Below are positions 27,823-39,693 of a DNA stretch of 64,000 bases, in pieces. The notes beneath the pieces are model-generated. The model was not told the origin of the DNA. It searched no databases and saw nothing but the letters and a program-made list of their open reading frames with translations. A program made the translations under genes and the position numbers. The stretch's first letter is position 1. Every line of letters begins with the position of its first letter. Source of the DNA: Adineta vaga (Eukaryota; Animalia; Rotifera); the NCBI GenBank assembly GCA_021613535.1, contig CP075497.1, forward strand, positions 744,001 to 808,000, read 5' to 3'.

Positions 27823-27968
27823 GAATGCAAACACACTTCTCAGTTTTTGTAGTTGTTAATAAATGTAATATGCAAATGCTTTGCAGAAATAATTTCTTTC
27901 TGATCTCTTAGAGCAAGTGAAAGAAAAAACCAAGTATATATATACATATATCAATAACAGATTTTTTT

Positions 27969-28024
27969 CGAAGGGTGAGTGTGAGTAAATAAAAGAAAAG
28001 AAAATATTTTTTTCACTCATACTA
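27969..28024. repeat. Degenerate hairpin element
   Basis: CGAAGGGTGAGTGTGAGT ... CACTCATACT. Confidence 0.55.
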
Positions 28025-28491
28025 TATGCAGAATGTATTGACAAAATTATTTTCGGCGATTTATTTCTTGAATACTATGCAATCAATGACGCAGAAATCA
28101 AGGGTGTGGTTGTAGATTTGGGTTAAGATGTCATTCATTTAAAACCATAGATTCTTTGTTGAAGGTTAATCTTCTCCGATCTCGCTTAAGGTTCTTATCG
28201 GACATAGAAGACCATCAAAAGAACGATCGAGTATGTGATGTTGAATACAACAGAATGACCCTACGATTTGTCACTAATATCCTCAATTATTCGACAAAAT
28301 CATAGTCGAACTTCTTTTGATATAGGCTCGAAAAATAGGAGTTTCTGGATCAAGAACTTGATGCTACCGAGACAAACCTTGAAGCCTGTCTTTGTCACAC
28401 GAAATACACTGAAGCACTTGACTTTCTCGTTTGATATATGGCTTCAGTTTATAATAACAAAGAAAAAAAAATATTAAGCACAATAATAAAC

Positions 28492-28548
28492 GAGAGATTG
28501 TGGGTCCAGGTGAGAATTTTCCATTTTTACCCACACCCTCACCTTCAA
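28492..28548. repeat. Hairpin element
   Basis: GAGAGATTGTGGGTCCAGGTG ... ACCCACACCCTCACCTTCAA. Confidence 0.7.
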
Positions 28549-28893
28549 GGTCCGACACTATATAAGAAAACAAGAGGAAAAATCAGACTCTAGATCCTCG
28601 GATTCTATTGATCCTGTTAGATCCTATGTGATACGTCTTTTCTCTTTGTCAACATTGAAGAGAATCCGGGGATTCAGGAAGCGCTTTATCCCTTGACTCC
28701 ACACTTTTGAAAAGAGCAATTCAGCGGTATATTTTTTATTTTTATTTAGAATTCAAAAAAAGCCATTCTCGTGATTATGATTGAAATGTTGTCCTGAAAA
28801 AAGAAAATCATCTCATTCTTGCTTGGGAAATAAATATCTATTATCTAAATAACGATAACCACATTGAAGTAATGCGATAACATAACATAAAAT

Positions 28894-29061
28894 CTTGAGG
28901 GTGTGAGTGGGTGAGGTTATGGATGACGGACTTGACTGTGGTTCCCTGAGGATGTCATTGCGAGTGAAAGTGTAGTGATAATCTCACTCACATCTATACG
29001 CATCCCCACAGGCATAGCCACAGTTTAACAACAACTACGCATATCCACTCACACTCTCAAG
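28894..29061. repeat. Long nested hairpin element (168 bp)
   Basis: Outer arms CTTGAGGGTGTGAGTGG / CCACTCACACTCTCAAG. Inner pairs ACTGTGG/CCACAGT, GGATG/CATCC and GAGTGA/TCACTC. Confidence 0.88.
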
Positions 29062-29997
29062 CTGCACCTGGGCTTTACTGGATCTTGGTCCAAGCAAACT
29101 TTATATATAAAAGCTTATTGAAAGAGAAAATCAAGAACAAGTACTGTTTGTAAATACTCATGGGTCTGATCGCTTGATACGCCTCAAAAATACATAACCC
29201 ATCTTTATTTCATGAGTCGCTATAATTAGAGAATATTCGACTAGAGTAGTTTTTTTCATGTTTGGAATGTTATCTCTACCTTGAATGCTTATTTAGAGCC
29301 AACAGTATAACAACAAGCGTCCATTCAATTTCTATCCACGTATATCTCGCAAAATTGTATCAAATGATCTGATGTATATTAGTCGACGATGCAAAAATAT
29401 TTAATCAAAGCTGATATAAGTCTCGTATCTATCTTGCCGATTAATTGAACTGTAGTTTTTTATGAAGTTATTACTAAATCCTGTACTCAGAACTCGTTTT
29501 CGATTACCTTTCGGTGAATCATTTTCTCGTCATCATTAGTAAGTTTTCATGAGTTTTTATATTTATTGCTGCAATCTGATTGGATTAGACAAACAAACAA
29601 ACAAACTTTTACGTTTTTTAACGTGCCTATAACCCTTTCTTTCAGACAAGGGAATTACATTTTGACTTTCGATCATGTTTCAGTGGGGTTCGTTAACATA
29701 CGAACTTTGTTACTCATAGACTTCGATTTCACCTGTCCGCATTGTTTTGCTATAGAACTTGAGGCATGATCTTAATGTCAAAAACCTGTTCTCTAATCTC
29801 TTTGAGAATACACACGATTTCACGATGCGCTGCCACGTGGAATATTCGCATCGGAGAAACGCGACTCCATCCCTTTCTTCTCATACCAAGATTTTAGTTT
29901 CACACCTGTTAAAGTCACACGTAAGCTGATTTTTTTCTCTGTACATGTGCATAGTCCCTTATCGTAATCGTAATCATTCGTTGTTATTTTTCTCCAA

Positions 29998-31146
29998 ATG
30001 TTGGTTTCTGTAGCTGTCGTATGCTTTCTGGTGCCGATTGTTTGCTCTTACCAAGTACCATTTTCAACTTCGGGCAATGCGATTGTGGATGCTAGTGGTG
30101 CAGTTGTCAAACTAAGATGTGTCAATTGGGCAGGAAGCATGGAAACATTAGTGCCGGAAGGTTTACAACATAATTCGATTGATGCCATTGTCACACTCAT
30201 TCAAGGGATGAACTTCAATTGTGTTCGCCTTACCTATTCGATCGATTTAACTCGTTCATCAAATTTGACTGTTCGTCAGTCGTTCGCTCGACTCAGCTTG
30301 GCATCGGCTTTGATAGGATTTAACACTCACAACCCGACATTGATGGACGTATCAGTTTCGGATGTGTTCGATGCCGTACTCGATGCTCTTGCTCGACAGA
30401 ACCTTCTAGTATTACTAGATAATCATGTCAGCAAGGCTAAGTGGTGCTGTAGTGGTAATGATGGAAATGGATTTTGGGGTGATCGATATTTTGATGCTGA
30501 TCAATGGATCAATGGCCTGAGATTTATGGCAACAAAGACGATCAATCGTCATCATGTCATTGCTATGAGTTTACGAAACGAATTACGCGGCTCAAAGTCG
30601 ACTCAAACAGATTGGTACCATTACATGCTTCGAGGTATTCAAGAAGCGATTGCACATATCAATCCTCAACTTCTCATCGTTGTATCCGGCTTAAACTACG
30701 ATCTCGATCTATCCTTCATTAGATACTTGCCGATTCAAGCTCTTGTACCACAATCGATTCGAGACAAAATTGTTTACGAAGGACATTGGTATTCCTGGTC
30801 GAACTATGGTCACTCAACGGAATGTGCTAAGATGCAGGAAGGTGTACGACAAGCATGGGGTTATCTTCTAGAGGAAAATCAAACTTTTACATCGCCCGTT
30901 TGGCTTACTGAATTCGGTACGAATGTTGACCAATTCTCCGGCCACGATCTTTATATTAATTGCGTCAGTGACTATGTACTTAATGCATCTTCAACAGCAC
31001 ACATCTCGTGGGCTTATTGGGCTTTAGCCGGTAGTTATTATATCCGTGATGGTTCAATCGAATCTCATGAATCATTCGGTTTGCTAACAGACAATTGGCA
31101 GAGTGTGAAATCACAACTATTCATCAATGTTCTCGCGCGAATGTAA
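29998..31146 (+). CDS. Secreted glycoside hydrolase family 5 (fungal/plant-like)
   Basis: CVNWAG, FNCVRLT, LDNHVS..WCC, RNELR (acid/base), YEGHWY, TEFG (nucleophile), WAYW. Intronless and more GC-rich than its flanks. Confidence 0.93.
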   Translation: MLVSVAVVCFLVPIVCSYQVPFSTSGNAIVDASGAVVKLRCVNWAGSMETLVPEGLQHNSIDAIVTLIQGMNFNCVRLTYSIDLTRSSNLTVRQSFARLSLASALIGFNTHNPTLMDVSVSDVFDAVLDALARQNLLVLLDNHVSKAKWCCSGNDGNGFWGDRYFDADQWINGLRFMATKTINRHHVIAMSLRNELRGSKSTQTDWYHYMLRGIQEAIAHINPQLLIVVSGLNYDLDLSFIRYLPIQALVPQSIRDKIVYEGHWYSWSNYGHSTECAKMQEGVRQAWGYLLEENQTFTSPVWLTEFGTNVDQFSGHDLYINCVSDYVLNASSTAHISWAYWALAGSYYIRDGSIESHESFGLLTDNWQSVKSQLFINVLARM

Positions 31147-31283
31147 AGGAATAAATGAGCTTTCTTTAGTAATCTTAACGCTAGGAGTATTTGTGCATTC
31201 CATTACAGCTAACGTGATTCAATGTCACAAGCGATGCAGCTAATCGAATAATATGTGAGATATTAGGGATGAGTCATTATTTT

Positions 31284-31408
31284 CTTGAGGGTGTGGGTGT
31301 GGGTAAGAAAAAATTTGAATAGTTTCCTTGTATATAAAGTTGCTAGTTCAATCTGTCTCACTATTGGCACACGCAGAAAAATCTGTCTTCCACAGTCGAT
31401 GGTGAAGT
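31284..31408 (+). repeat. Left arm plus subfamily-D internal sequence
   Basis: CTTGAGGGTGTGGGTGTGGGT followed by the block shared with 34509-34597 and 1277-1360 (reverse complement). Confidence 0.8.
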
Positions 31409-31549
31409 GTGTATAGGGGTGGCACTTAAACTTTAAAACTTTATTTTAAAAATCAAATTTAAAGTTGATATTCAATAACATCATTTAGTCGCTCAATATG
31501 ATTCTTGCTATGGCACTAAATAGTCTATTTCTGCTAAAATCTTTAAAAA

Positions 31550-31612
31550 TGAGGAGGGTGTGGATGTAGATGTTATCTGTTTAATCACACCGACACTCAC
31601 ACTCACACTCTC
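31550..31612. repeat. Hairpin element
   Basis: TGAGGAGGGTGTGGATGTAGATGT ... CACACCGACACTCACACTCACACTCTC. Confidence 0.8.
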
Positions 31613-31771
31613 TATTCAATACAATCGATAAACCATCGAAGCAACCTCATCCTGCACCATACTGTAAAAATTACAAGTTGATAAAAGATTTCATTATATT
31701 GTTAAATTATCATATAACGTTAACTATTTGATGATGCAAGTACTTCTCAGATTCTTCTACTTTTCATTGCA

Positions 31772-32158
31772 TTATATCACAAAGCTGATTGCTGTTATTA
31801 ATGCGCCCATCAACTCCCACATAGCCACACCTATAAGACCTCTTGGTGCATGACCATTCTTAACGGCTAAAATAAATATTGTAACTGTTATCAATCGAAA
31901 TACAATTGTGAATTGATAAAATGTTGTCCATTGATTCCATGCTGCTACTAAATAATAAACTCCCATATTAAACGAAGCCATCGATGAACAAGTTAAGAAT
32001 ACAATAGTATAATCACCATCTTGTCGTTTTGATCGATCAATTACTCTAAAATTCATTAGATTTAATATTGTTTCAGGACTTGTTAAACCGAGTAAACCTG
32101 CTAAGATAGCCATTAAACCAAAAATAAATATCGTTAAGTCAGATATGTTGTTTAGCAT
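31772..32158 (-). CDS. Small 4-TM membrane protein, actinobacterial-like hypothetical
   Basis: Four hydrophobic helices. The string DGDYT..SSMASFNMGVYYLVAA..FT.VFRL.T..A.WE..GA resembles Streptomyces-type hypothetical proteins as I recall them. Intronless. Confidence 0.7.
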   Translation of the reverse strand: MLNNISDLTIFIFGLMAILAGLLGLTSPETILNLMNFRVIDRSKRQDGDYTIVFLTCSSMASFNMGVYYLVAAWNQWTTFYQFTIVFRLITVTIFILAVKNGHAPRGLIGVAMWELMGALITAISFVI

Positions 32159-32963
32159 TATTTGCAATATTATCAGTTTCTTGTGTAGAATAATTCCCCC
32201 ACAAAAATATTATTTATAAAGAAATGCATACTTATTGATGATAGGCAAAGGTAGAAAGAGAATAGCACGTGCTTTTTTATTTTCTTTCCAACATCGACAG
32301 AAAAGAGAGAAAAAGAAATAACGTATCAAAAATCTATTGAAGACAATATGAGTTTATTGATAGATATCATCCATTACAATACATATATATGTTCAAGAGA
32401 ACTTTGAGACAAACGAATCTATAACGTAGTATCACCTATAACGATTGGTAAGCGAAAAAAACTTTTTAGGAAGTTACCTCAAAATACAATGAATAACACT
32501 TATAGATATTTCTAGTCATAAAAGAATTGATATGATCAATTTCCTATTAAATAATATGAATGTAAATTTAGATGATTATTGACAATGGTATAATGTTTTT
32601 TTAGTTATTTGAATGTATATTTTAGTTGTATCATCTTTGAACATATATATATATATGAAACAAGCGATCAAGATTCATGTAGTGAATATACCTGTTTTAA
32701 AGAAACATTTCAACTTTTATATTCTATTTTCAACCAAACAATAATTCTAAATAAATTCACAAGTGATAGTCAGTCAAAACCACACCTTCAAACACAAGTA
32801 TGGTTTTCATTGTTTTCTTCTCGTCAGATTGATCAAAATTACACTTGTTATTATAAACAAGCACAAGTTACTTTGGTTATTCTAGAATTTTCGAATGAGA
32901 AAACTTCGATAATTAAAATTTCTGCTTATTTTGGAATCATTGGTCCACTTCTTCTGTTTCTTT

Positions 32964-33023
32964 TTGGGTGTGGGTGTTGAATAGATGTAATATCCACATC
33001 CTCATCCTCACTCACACCCTTAA
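32964..33023. repeat. Hairpin element
   Basis: TTGGGTGTGGGTGT ... ATCCACATCCTCATCCTCACTCACACCCTTAA. Confidence 0.8.
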
Positions 33024-33178
33024 TCTCCAATAAAAATCTCAGTATTAAGACAAATCAAGTTGACCTCACATTACTTTTCGTATCAGAGGTTTGTTCACTT
33101 AAAATGCAATGTGATCATGCGGAATCGTTCATAGGAAATGCCATTCGTGCTTTTATTTCTAGATGCAAGACTGAAACG

Positions 33179-33538
33179 ATGGTCTCTATGAATTTGTTAG
33201 TGCTTCATACTGATAATTTATTGATATTTATATTGTCGTTTGCGATTGATATCATTTATTCGATTCCTATGGACAAAATATCGAATTCAATGTATGTTAC
33301 TCCAGATGTTAACAAAATCTTTGTCAATATGATATGTAGTTATAACGAATGTTCATGCACAGCTCTAACACTCAATACTCTTGCAAGGAATTGTAAGACA
33401 TACAATAAAACATGCCAACTAATTATGAATTATACATCCAGTAGTGCTAGTTTGAGAGTAGCAGTTGGTAGTCTCTTCTTATTTCGTAATTTTCCAACCT
33501 ATCTCCTTGCAACAACAACGACAATTGCGATAAGTTAG
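33179..33538 (+). pseudogene. Orphan N-terminal exon of a secreted Cys-containing (apple-like) protein
   Basis: Hydrophobic leader, C...ECSC...NC...KTCQL, and a Thr-rich tail. No downstream exon was identified. Confidence 0.4.
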
Positions 33539-33775
33539 TAAAATGTATACGCTTCTTTTAATTATAGAGATTTCGCTACTTTTCCTATCATACAGTTTAT
33601 TTCATTAACACCCAACTTACTGAAAAGGCAATAAGTTCGATTAGAAAGAGCGAAACTCTTGAAGTTCTCGCCGTTTCAAGAATAGGAAAGGTTGTCGATT
33701 CGTAAAGCTTAATTATAGGAATTTCTAAAAAAATGAGGCATAATAGAAGACTTAGGTTCAATCACTACAGTCTTC

Positions 33776-33834
33776 TGGAGTGTGGGTGTGGGTGATGCGA
33801 AGAGTATTAACCACACTGACATCCACACCCTCAA
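33776..33834. repeat. Hairpin element
   Basis: TGGAGTGTGGGTGTGGGT ... ACCACACTGACATCCACACCCTCAA. Confidence 0.88.
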
Positions 33835-34419
33835 GATGTTTTTTTCTCTCTTCTCTCTACTTAGTCAAGTCAATAAAATACAGGTTGTTACTCATTGAAT
33901 ACCAATACTGTCTCTTTTAATATTAGGCAATGAAATGACTTGTCGACGATTGATATTAATACCCAGTTACGTGTATCAATCATGGTCAATATACCTATAT
34001 CGTTAGTATAACAATTACAATTATTGATGAATTAACAAAAATCTATAAACTCATTATACTAAAAATTGTAAAAGTTTTTGTTTAGGTGATTATTGAACTA
34101 TTCGAAGGAAATTCCACAGAAACAATCAAATTAATCTAATAATACTTTACAGAACAACGTACTACGTATGATTTCTGTAGAGAACCAAACCCTAATAAAT
34201 TCTGCAAGTGTCCTTATGTTATTTTTTCGTCGCTATCGATATCATAAGCCATAGTTTTCTTGTCTTCTTGATATACTTTAGAGACGTTGATGTTTGTTTA
34301 TTCTTCGACTGAGAGAAGGGTATAGAAAAAAAACAGTTACGAAAAAAACATGAAATTCGTTTGTACGTATGCATATCTGTCGCAGGTAAAAGATCAAAGG
34401 ACAGGAATAAATAAATTGA

Positions 34420-34756
34420 AGGCAAGGGTATAGAACTGGTGTTGAGTGAAATTGGTTTTACAAAAAAATTGAGTATTTTATTTCCGAAATTTAATAAATA
34501 TTTGAGTTGTTTCATCGTATATAAAGTTGCTGGATCAATTTGTCTCACTATTAGTACATGCAGAAACTAACTGTTCTTCACAGTCGAGGGTTAAATGAGC
34601 CGGCACGACGAGCGTTACTTATTTTAACTGAAGTCATTAATTTGATTTTAATTTTAATTAAATAATTTTTATGATATTAGCCATCTGATGAGAACTATGA
34701 TAAGTTCGAAACGCGCCTTGGATGCTTACACTCACCCACACCTTTACCCTCGACTT
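34420..34756 (+). repeat. Long variant (subfamily D) element
   Basis: Decayed left arm, an internal block of about 160 bp shared with 1271-1447 (reverse complement), and right arm ACACTCACCCACACCTTTACCCTCGA. Confidence 0.7.
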
Positions 34757-36317
34757 TATTTCTATAAGCTATTTGACGAGACTGTGAAACTCACTCGAAA
34801 CCGGTCATGGCGGTTGTTACTTACACCCATACACCCTAGCAAGGTAACCTTTCTTTTAACTGTCCCACGTGAAAAGAGAAGCCTTCATGAAATATTAACG
34901 TCAACTAGGAAAAAGACTGTCATGAATAAAAACGTTTACAAAAAAATGAAAAAAAAGCCATCGATTAATACAATTCACTGTTAATCATACGGACAGAATT
35001 TTTTCGTTGGTTGTCTTTCAAAAAGGACACTTTTGTTTTAATACTCTATTTTAGTTTTTTCCAACATAAACACTTTCAAAGCATAAAATGCTATTAAAAA
35101 TTACTTTTTTCTGTTAAACCATTCTTCTCTTGATCAACTATATGCACGCTGTTTACAGTATTTTTTTTTAAACAAATTCGGCAATTGTATGTCTTTTTGT
35201 TGGTATATAACAACGAATTGTATTTGTGGCTCTTTGAGATAGCTAAAATGGGAAGGAAATGTCAGGGGTATAGTACTATCCATAATTAAAAAAGTTGTCG
35301 GTTTTTTTTACCAAAAATTAATCGCATTACTATGTCTCGTTTTAAAATTTACATAATTTCTCTGAAAAGTTTACGTCGTGCCTCCTCAAAGTCGAAGTTA
35401 CAATCCCTTTCCAAATTGGTAGCTTTAAGCTGCCAAAACGCGGCTATTTTGTCAAATTTGTCGAGCAACGTCAGAAATCTTTCTTTATATATCCATCTTT
35501 ACTTGAGATTTAATAAAACATTACGTAGATGTTTTCTTCTTCATTGTTTCGTGATAAGATGGAAAATTTAGTCGGCGATTTTCTCTTTTTGCTTCTTATT
35601 TCGTTAACAGTAGTAAGAATTAATAAGATAATAATTCTGAACGACTTTTTTTTCTATCCGTTATTTCATTTGCTTCAAAACAAAAGAGATCAAAACCAAA
35701 ATAAATAGGGAAATCAACATATTACGACAACCAAATAAAAGACAGGTAGCATCTCTGAAACATTTTCCTCAATTGAAACAAAATTCCGAACTGATAAGGA
35801 TGAAAAACTTCAATAAACTGTAAGAATTGATATGTGCGTTCTTGACGCAACCGATTTATGATATTATTAAAACGATAATAGACTGGGATCATCTTACATA
35901 TTATAGTTTGTTTGTTAAGGAATAAAAGTCATCTTGTGAAAAGTACATCATTTCTTTCAATTTACATTCGTTTATGTGTAGTTTTATTTGTGAAAAACGA
36001 ACTGAAAGAAGTGTGTAAGTACATAAGAGCAAATGATTGGTCTCACGTCTTCTTCCATCCCCTCTCGCAAATCATAACAGATTTTTCTAATTAATACTTG
36101 ATTAGAACGTTCGCTTTTAAATAAACATGAATGAAAGTTGTTAGCTTACCAGGAATTATTTACTTATGATCACCTGAAGTTTTATATACAATGATTATCG
36201 AGTGTCTATGACTGCTATCTACATAGTTATTCTGTTCCTATTTCGAAATTTCGATCGGAAATAGTCGGTATACTTTCAGCTAGACAATAAGGTTATCTAT
36301 GAACCAGATATCTAATA

Positions 36318-39197
36318 ATGGTGTTTGTGGATTTATTTTTAAGCATACCTGTACGACTATCCTGTATCCTCAATCTCGATTCTATGCTCTTTAGACGGAT
36401 TCAAATACAGCATACGGCATCTCATAAGTCGCGTAAACCATTTATAGTACCGCGCTTTCCAATTTTTGGCAAGCCGCTAACTCAGTTGGAGTCGATTTCT
36501 TCCGAAAAAATACCGATAACAATATCTAATGTATCTCACAGACAAAACCATGCATATCCTAATCATAAACGCGAGCAGCTGCCTATATCTCGTAAAAAAA
36601 CGTCTATTCCAACATCAACATTAGAAAAAAACAACGCATCACCTGTGAAACCTGCTGATATCACTAAAAACGTTAACGGTGACAGGAGTAGAATTTCGAA
36701 ACAATCACCTGTCGCTTTGATAGATTCGTCGCGTCCGAATTCAAAACCTAGGATAGATGTTTCATTGAACCCAAGACATAGGACACCGTCTAGAAATGAT
36801 ACTGATACAATCCATGAGACACGTAGACTACCCTCAATTATCGGCACAAAGAAAGGCGAAAAGGGTTTATTCGCTGAAACTAATAATATTTCTTCTACGC
36901 CCACTCCTAAAAGCAGTGGTGGAATAAAAAAAATACGTCTTATTCCAGATGGTACACCGACAACGACGCATTGTAGCACAAATTCTCAAGAACACTCAAA
37001 AGTTCCTATTCGTCGATACGTGAGACTTGTTTGTTTGCTTTCCAATTTTAATAAGCCTCCTGTACATTCCAATGACTTTAGTCGTCTATTAGAACTAGGT
37101 ATTGATCCAACTGACACTTTCACGGATCCTAAGAAATGCATTAATTTTTTGAAAGAGAAAACTAATGAAGCATTATTCTTAATTACATCGAATGACCTTG
37201 GTCAATCAATAATACACGATATTCACCCTTTGTGCCAGATCAATACTATATATATATTAGGAGAAACTAAACGTAAAAATAAGCGATGGATTAAAAATTG
37301 GGTTAAAATAAAAGGTGTCTATCCTACCATACAATCGATTTGTGAAATACTTAAACATGATATTCAGCAACATCGTCGAGATTCTATGGCAATTAGTATA
37401 TCAACTGTAGAATTAGAGCATCTTGATGCATCATTTATGTACACAAGATTATTGACAGAAATACTTCTCGAAATGGAATACGATAATCGAGCAACACAAG
37501 CATTTGTTCAGTTCTGTCGACGACATCCCGATACGGCACAACCACATAATCTCAAAGTAATCGATAAATTCGAGAAAGAATATGATCCAGATAAGTCAAT
37601 TTGGTGGTATACTTGCGATTATTTTCTCTTTGATATGATTAATAAAGCACTTCGAAAACAAGATATTGACATTATTATCAAAGCAGGATTCTTTATACGA
37701 GACCTTCAAAAACAAATTGAAGCACTATACGTACCACCGACGGAAAAAATGATTGTTTATCGAGGTCAAGGACTTTCTGAGACAGATTTCGAACAATTAT
37801 GTCTGAGGCAAGGTGGTCTTTATTTCTTTAATACTTTCCTATCGACTAGTATGGATCATGGCTTAGCTTATGGACGCGCTGACAGCTATCAGGAAAATCC
37901 TGAACTAATTGGTATTTTATTTCAAATACAAATAGATTCGAATAAATTTACACCTACTCTGTGGGCTTCGATAGCCAGCAAAAGTCGTTTTCGTGGTGAA
38001 GAAGAGATTTTATTTGCCATGCACACTGTATTTCGAATTGGTGAAATAAAAAGAATTAAAAGTCGATTTTGGCAAGTACAACTTTCATTAACAAGTGACG
38101 ACGACGTAGAGCTAAAACAAATTACTGAGTTTATTCGAGAAACAACACAAGGTTCATCAGGATGGGATAGACTTGGTAAATTCTTATTAAAAATAGGAAA
38201 ATTTAGTAACGCAGAAGAAATTTTTCAAATGCTTCTTGAAAACACAGCTGAAGATGACGCATGTAGTCTTGGTCATCGTTACCACATGCTCGGTTTAATC
38301 TACGAACAAGGTAAATTTGATTATAAGAATGCACTTATCTTCTATAACAAAAGCGTAAACATATATCTAAAATATCCTGATTCAAATTACTTAGATTTAA
38401 TTACGATCTACAATAATATTGGTGAGATGTACAGACACACAGAGGATTACTTAAAAGCATTGGAAAATTTTCAAATGGCTCTAAATATTCAAAAAAACAA
38501 ATGCCATGGATATAATGCCGTATTAGCAGTGACATATAATAATATGGCTGAAACGTATAAATGTTTAGAACAATATTCAGAAGCCTTACAACTCTATCAA
38601 AGAGTATTGAGCATTCAGAAAAAAACTTTACAATTGAATAAGACAGATTTGGGTAAAACTTATTCAAATATTGCTAAGATGCATTACATTATGGAAGAAT
38701 ATTCACAAGCCCTAGTATTGTTTCGCAAAGTATCTAGAATTCAGCAATATAATTACTTATCAAATAATATAGATACAGCTGCTACTGATACTAACATTGG
38801 TCAAGTACATGAAAAGCTCAAAGAATATTCAATAGCACTCGCGTATTATCAAAAAGCATTAGGCGTTCTTTCTCAATTTCGTTCGTCCAATATCGCAGAA
38901 CTCACTAATACCTACGATAATATTGCTCGAGTTTATCAAAATATGAATGAAAACATGAAAGCACTTCAATTTTACAAAAAAGCGCAGTATAACTTGAGAA
39001 AACATTCAGAACTCAAACGACCAAATTTAGGAATGATCCGCTACAGTATGGGTCGAATATACGAGAATATCCAACAAACTGATAAAGCTATTGTGTCATA
39101 CAGACAAGCTATTCTATTTGAACAGAGTAAAACGTTCCAAGACAATTTTAAACTTCAACTATATCGAAAACATCTTGCTAAAGCTAAAACAAAATAA
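36318..39197 (+). CDS. ADP-ribosyltransferase + TPR-repeat protein with a basic low-complexity N-terminus
   Basis: 959-aa ORF; WWYT, VYRGQ, FLSTS, EEEILF; about 8 TPRs. Confidence 0.92.
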   Translation: MVFVDLFLSIPVRLSCILNLDSMLFRRIQIQHTASHKSRKPFIVPRFPIFGKPLTQLESISSEKIPITISNVSHRQNHAYPNHKREQLPISRKKTSIPTSTLEKNNASPVKPADITKNVNGDRSRISKQSPVALIDSSRPNSKPRIDVSLNPRHRTPSRNDTDTIHETRRLPSIIGTKKGEKGLFAETNNISSTPTPKSSGGIKKIRLIPDGTPTTTHCSTNSQEHSKVPIRRYVRLVCLLSNFNKPPVHSNDFSRLLELGIDPTDTFTDPKKCINFLKEKTNEALFLITSNDLGQSIIHDIHPLCQINTIYILGETKRKNKRWIKNWVKIKGVYPTIQSICEILKHDIQQHRRDSMAISISTVELEHLDASFMYTRLLTEILLEMEYDNRATQAFVQFCRRHPDTAQPHNLKVIDKFEKEYDPDKSIWWYTCDYFLFDMINKALRKQDIDIIIKAGFFIRDLQKQIEALYVPPTEKMIVYRGQGLSETDFEQLCLRQGGLYFFNTFLSTSMDHGLAYGRADSYQENPELIGILFQIQIDSNKFTPTLWASIASKSRFRGEEEILFAMHTVFRIGEIKRIKSRFWQVQLSLTSDDDVELKQITEFIRETTQGSSGWDRLGKFLLKIGKFSNAEEIFQMLLENTAEDDACSLGHRYHMLGLIYEQGKFDYKNALIFYNKSVNIYLKYPDSNYLDLITIYNNIGEMYRHTEDYLKALENFQMALNIQKNKCHGYNAVLAVTYNNMAETYKCLEQYSEALQLYQRVLSIQKKTLQLNKTDLGKTYSNIAKMHYIMEEYSQALVLFRKVSRIQQYNYLSNNIDTAATDTNIGQVHEKLKEYSIALAYYQKALGVLSQFRSSNIAELTNTYDNIARVYQNMNENMKALQFYKKAQYNLRKHSELKRPNLGMIRYSMGRIYENIQQTDKAIVSYRQAILFEQSKTFQDNFKLQLYRKHLAKAKTK

Positions 39198-39434
39198 TAT
39201 TGCATCGACTTACAGTACAATGTAAAAGACTTTACCCTTAATATTTCAAATACTCATCATAAAGGAAATGATAAATTAATGAACAAACAATATGTACTTA
39301 TTAATTTTACATCTTCATTGTATTTCATCTTTAATATTTTTGATTTCTTTTCTTGACGCTTTATGATATCAACACATCACTTTCGATATTTTCTAACCTT
39401 TTCTTTACATTTCTTCGTTATTTAAAAGACTAAA

Positions 39435-39495
39435 TGAGAGTGTGGGTGTAAGTGTGGAGAGGGTGTTTTTCTTTTACTGACACCCTCATTCTCAA
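39435..39495. repeat. Hairpin element
   Basis: TGAGAGTGTGGGTGTAAGTGTGGAGAGGGTGT ... ACACCCTCATTCTCAA. Confidence 0.82.
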
Positions 39496-39642
39496 ATTGA
39501 TCGTCTAGTATTTATCTCTATACCTTAATCTTTCAAGCGAGATCGAATATTCTGCTTAAGCAATTGACTTTTGCTATTAAAATACTGTTTTAAAAACACA
39601 ATGGATAAGAGGAAACTTTCTGCGTTTGACTCTCCATATCAC

Positions 39643-39693
39643 TTGAGAGTGTGGTGTGGTAAAAGGCTGTAGGCTAAAATATACCCACATCCA
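39643..39693. repeat. Hairpin element (loop subfamily A)
   Basis: TTGAGAGTGTGGTGTGGT-AAAAGGCTGTAGGCTAAAATAT-ACCCACATCCA. Confidence 0.82.

Noticed and set aside
32380-32980. ORF 32609-32980 and an upstream ankyrin-like snippet
   Set aside because: Too fragmentary to assign, and the ORF end is the hairpin arm.
34581-34756. Separate CAGTCGAGGG-TIR MITE (motif also at 1479, 8831 and 49416)
   Set aside because: The match is only about 10 bp, there is no TSD, and both ends are explained as parts of the long GGGTGT-armed element.
19303-38667. Antisense or overlapping ORFs such as 19303, 19726, 22077, 36563 and 38401
   Set aside because: They are shadows of real genes on the other strand or frame and have no motifs of their own.
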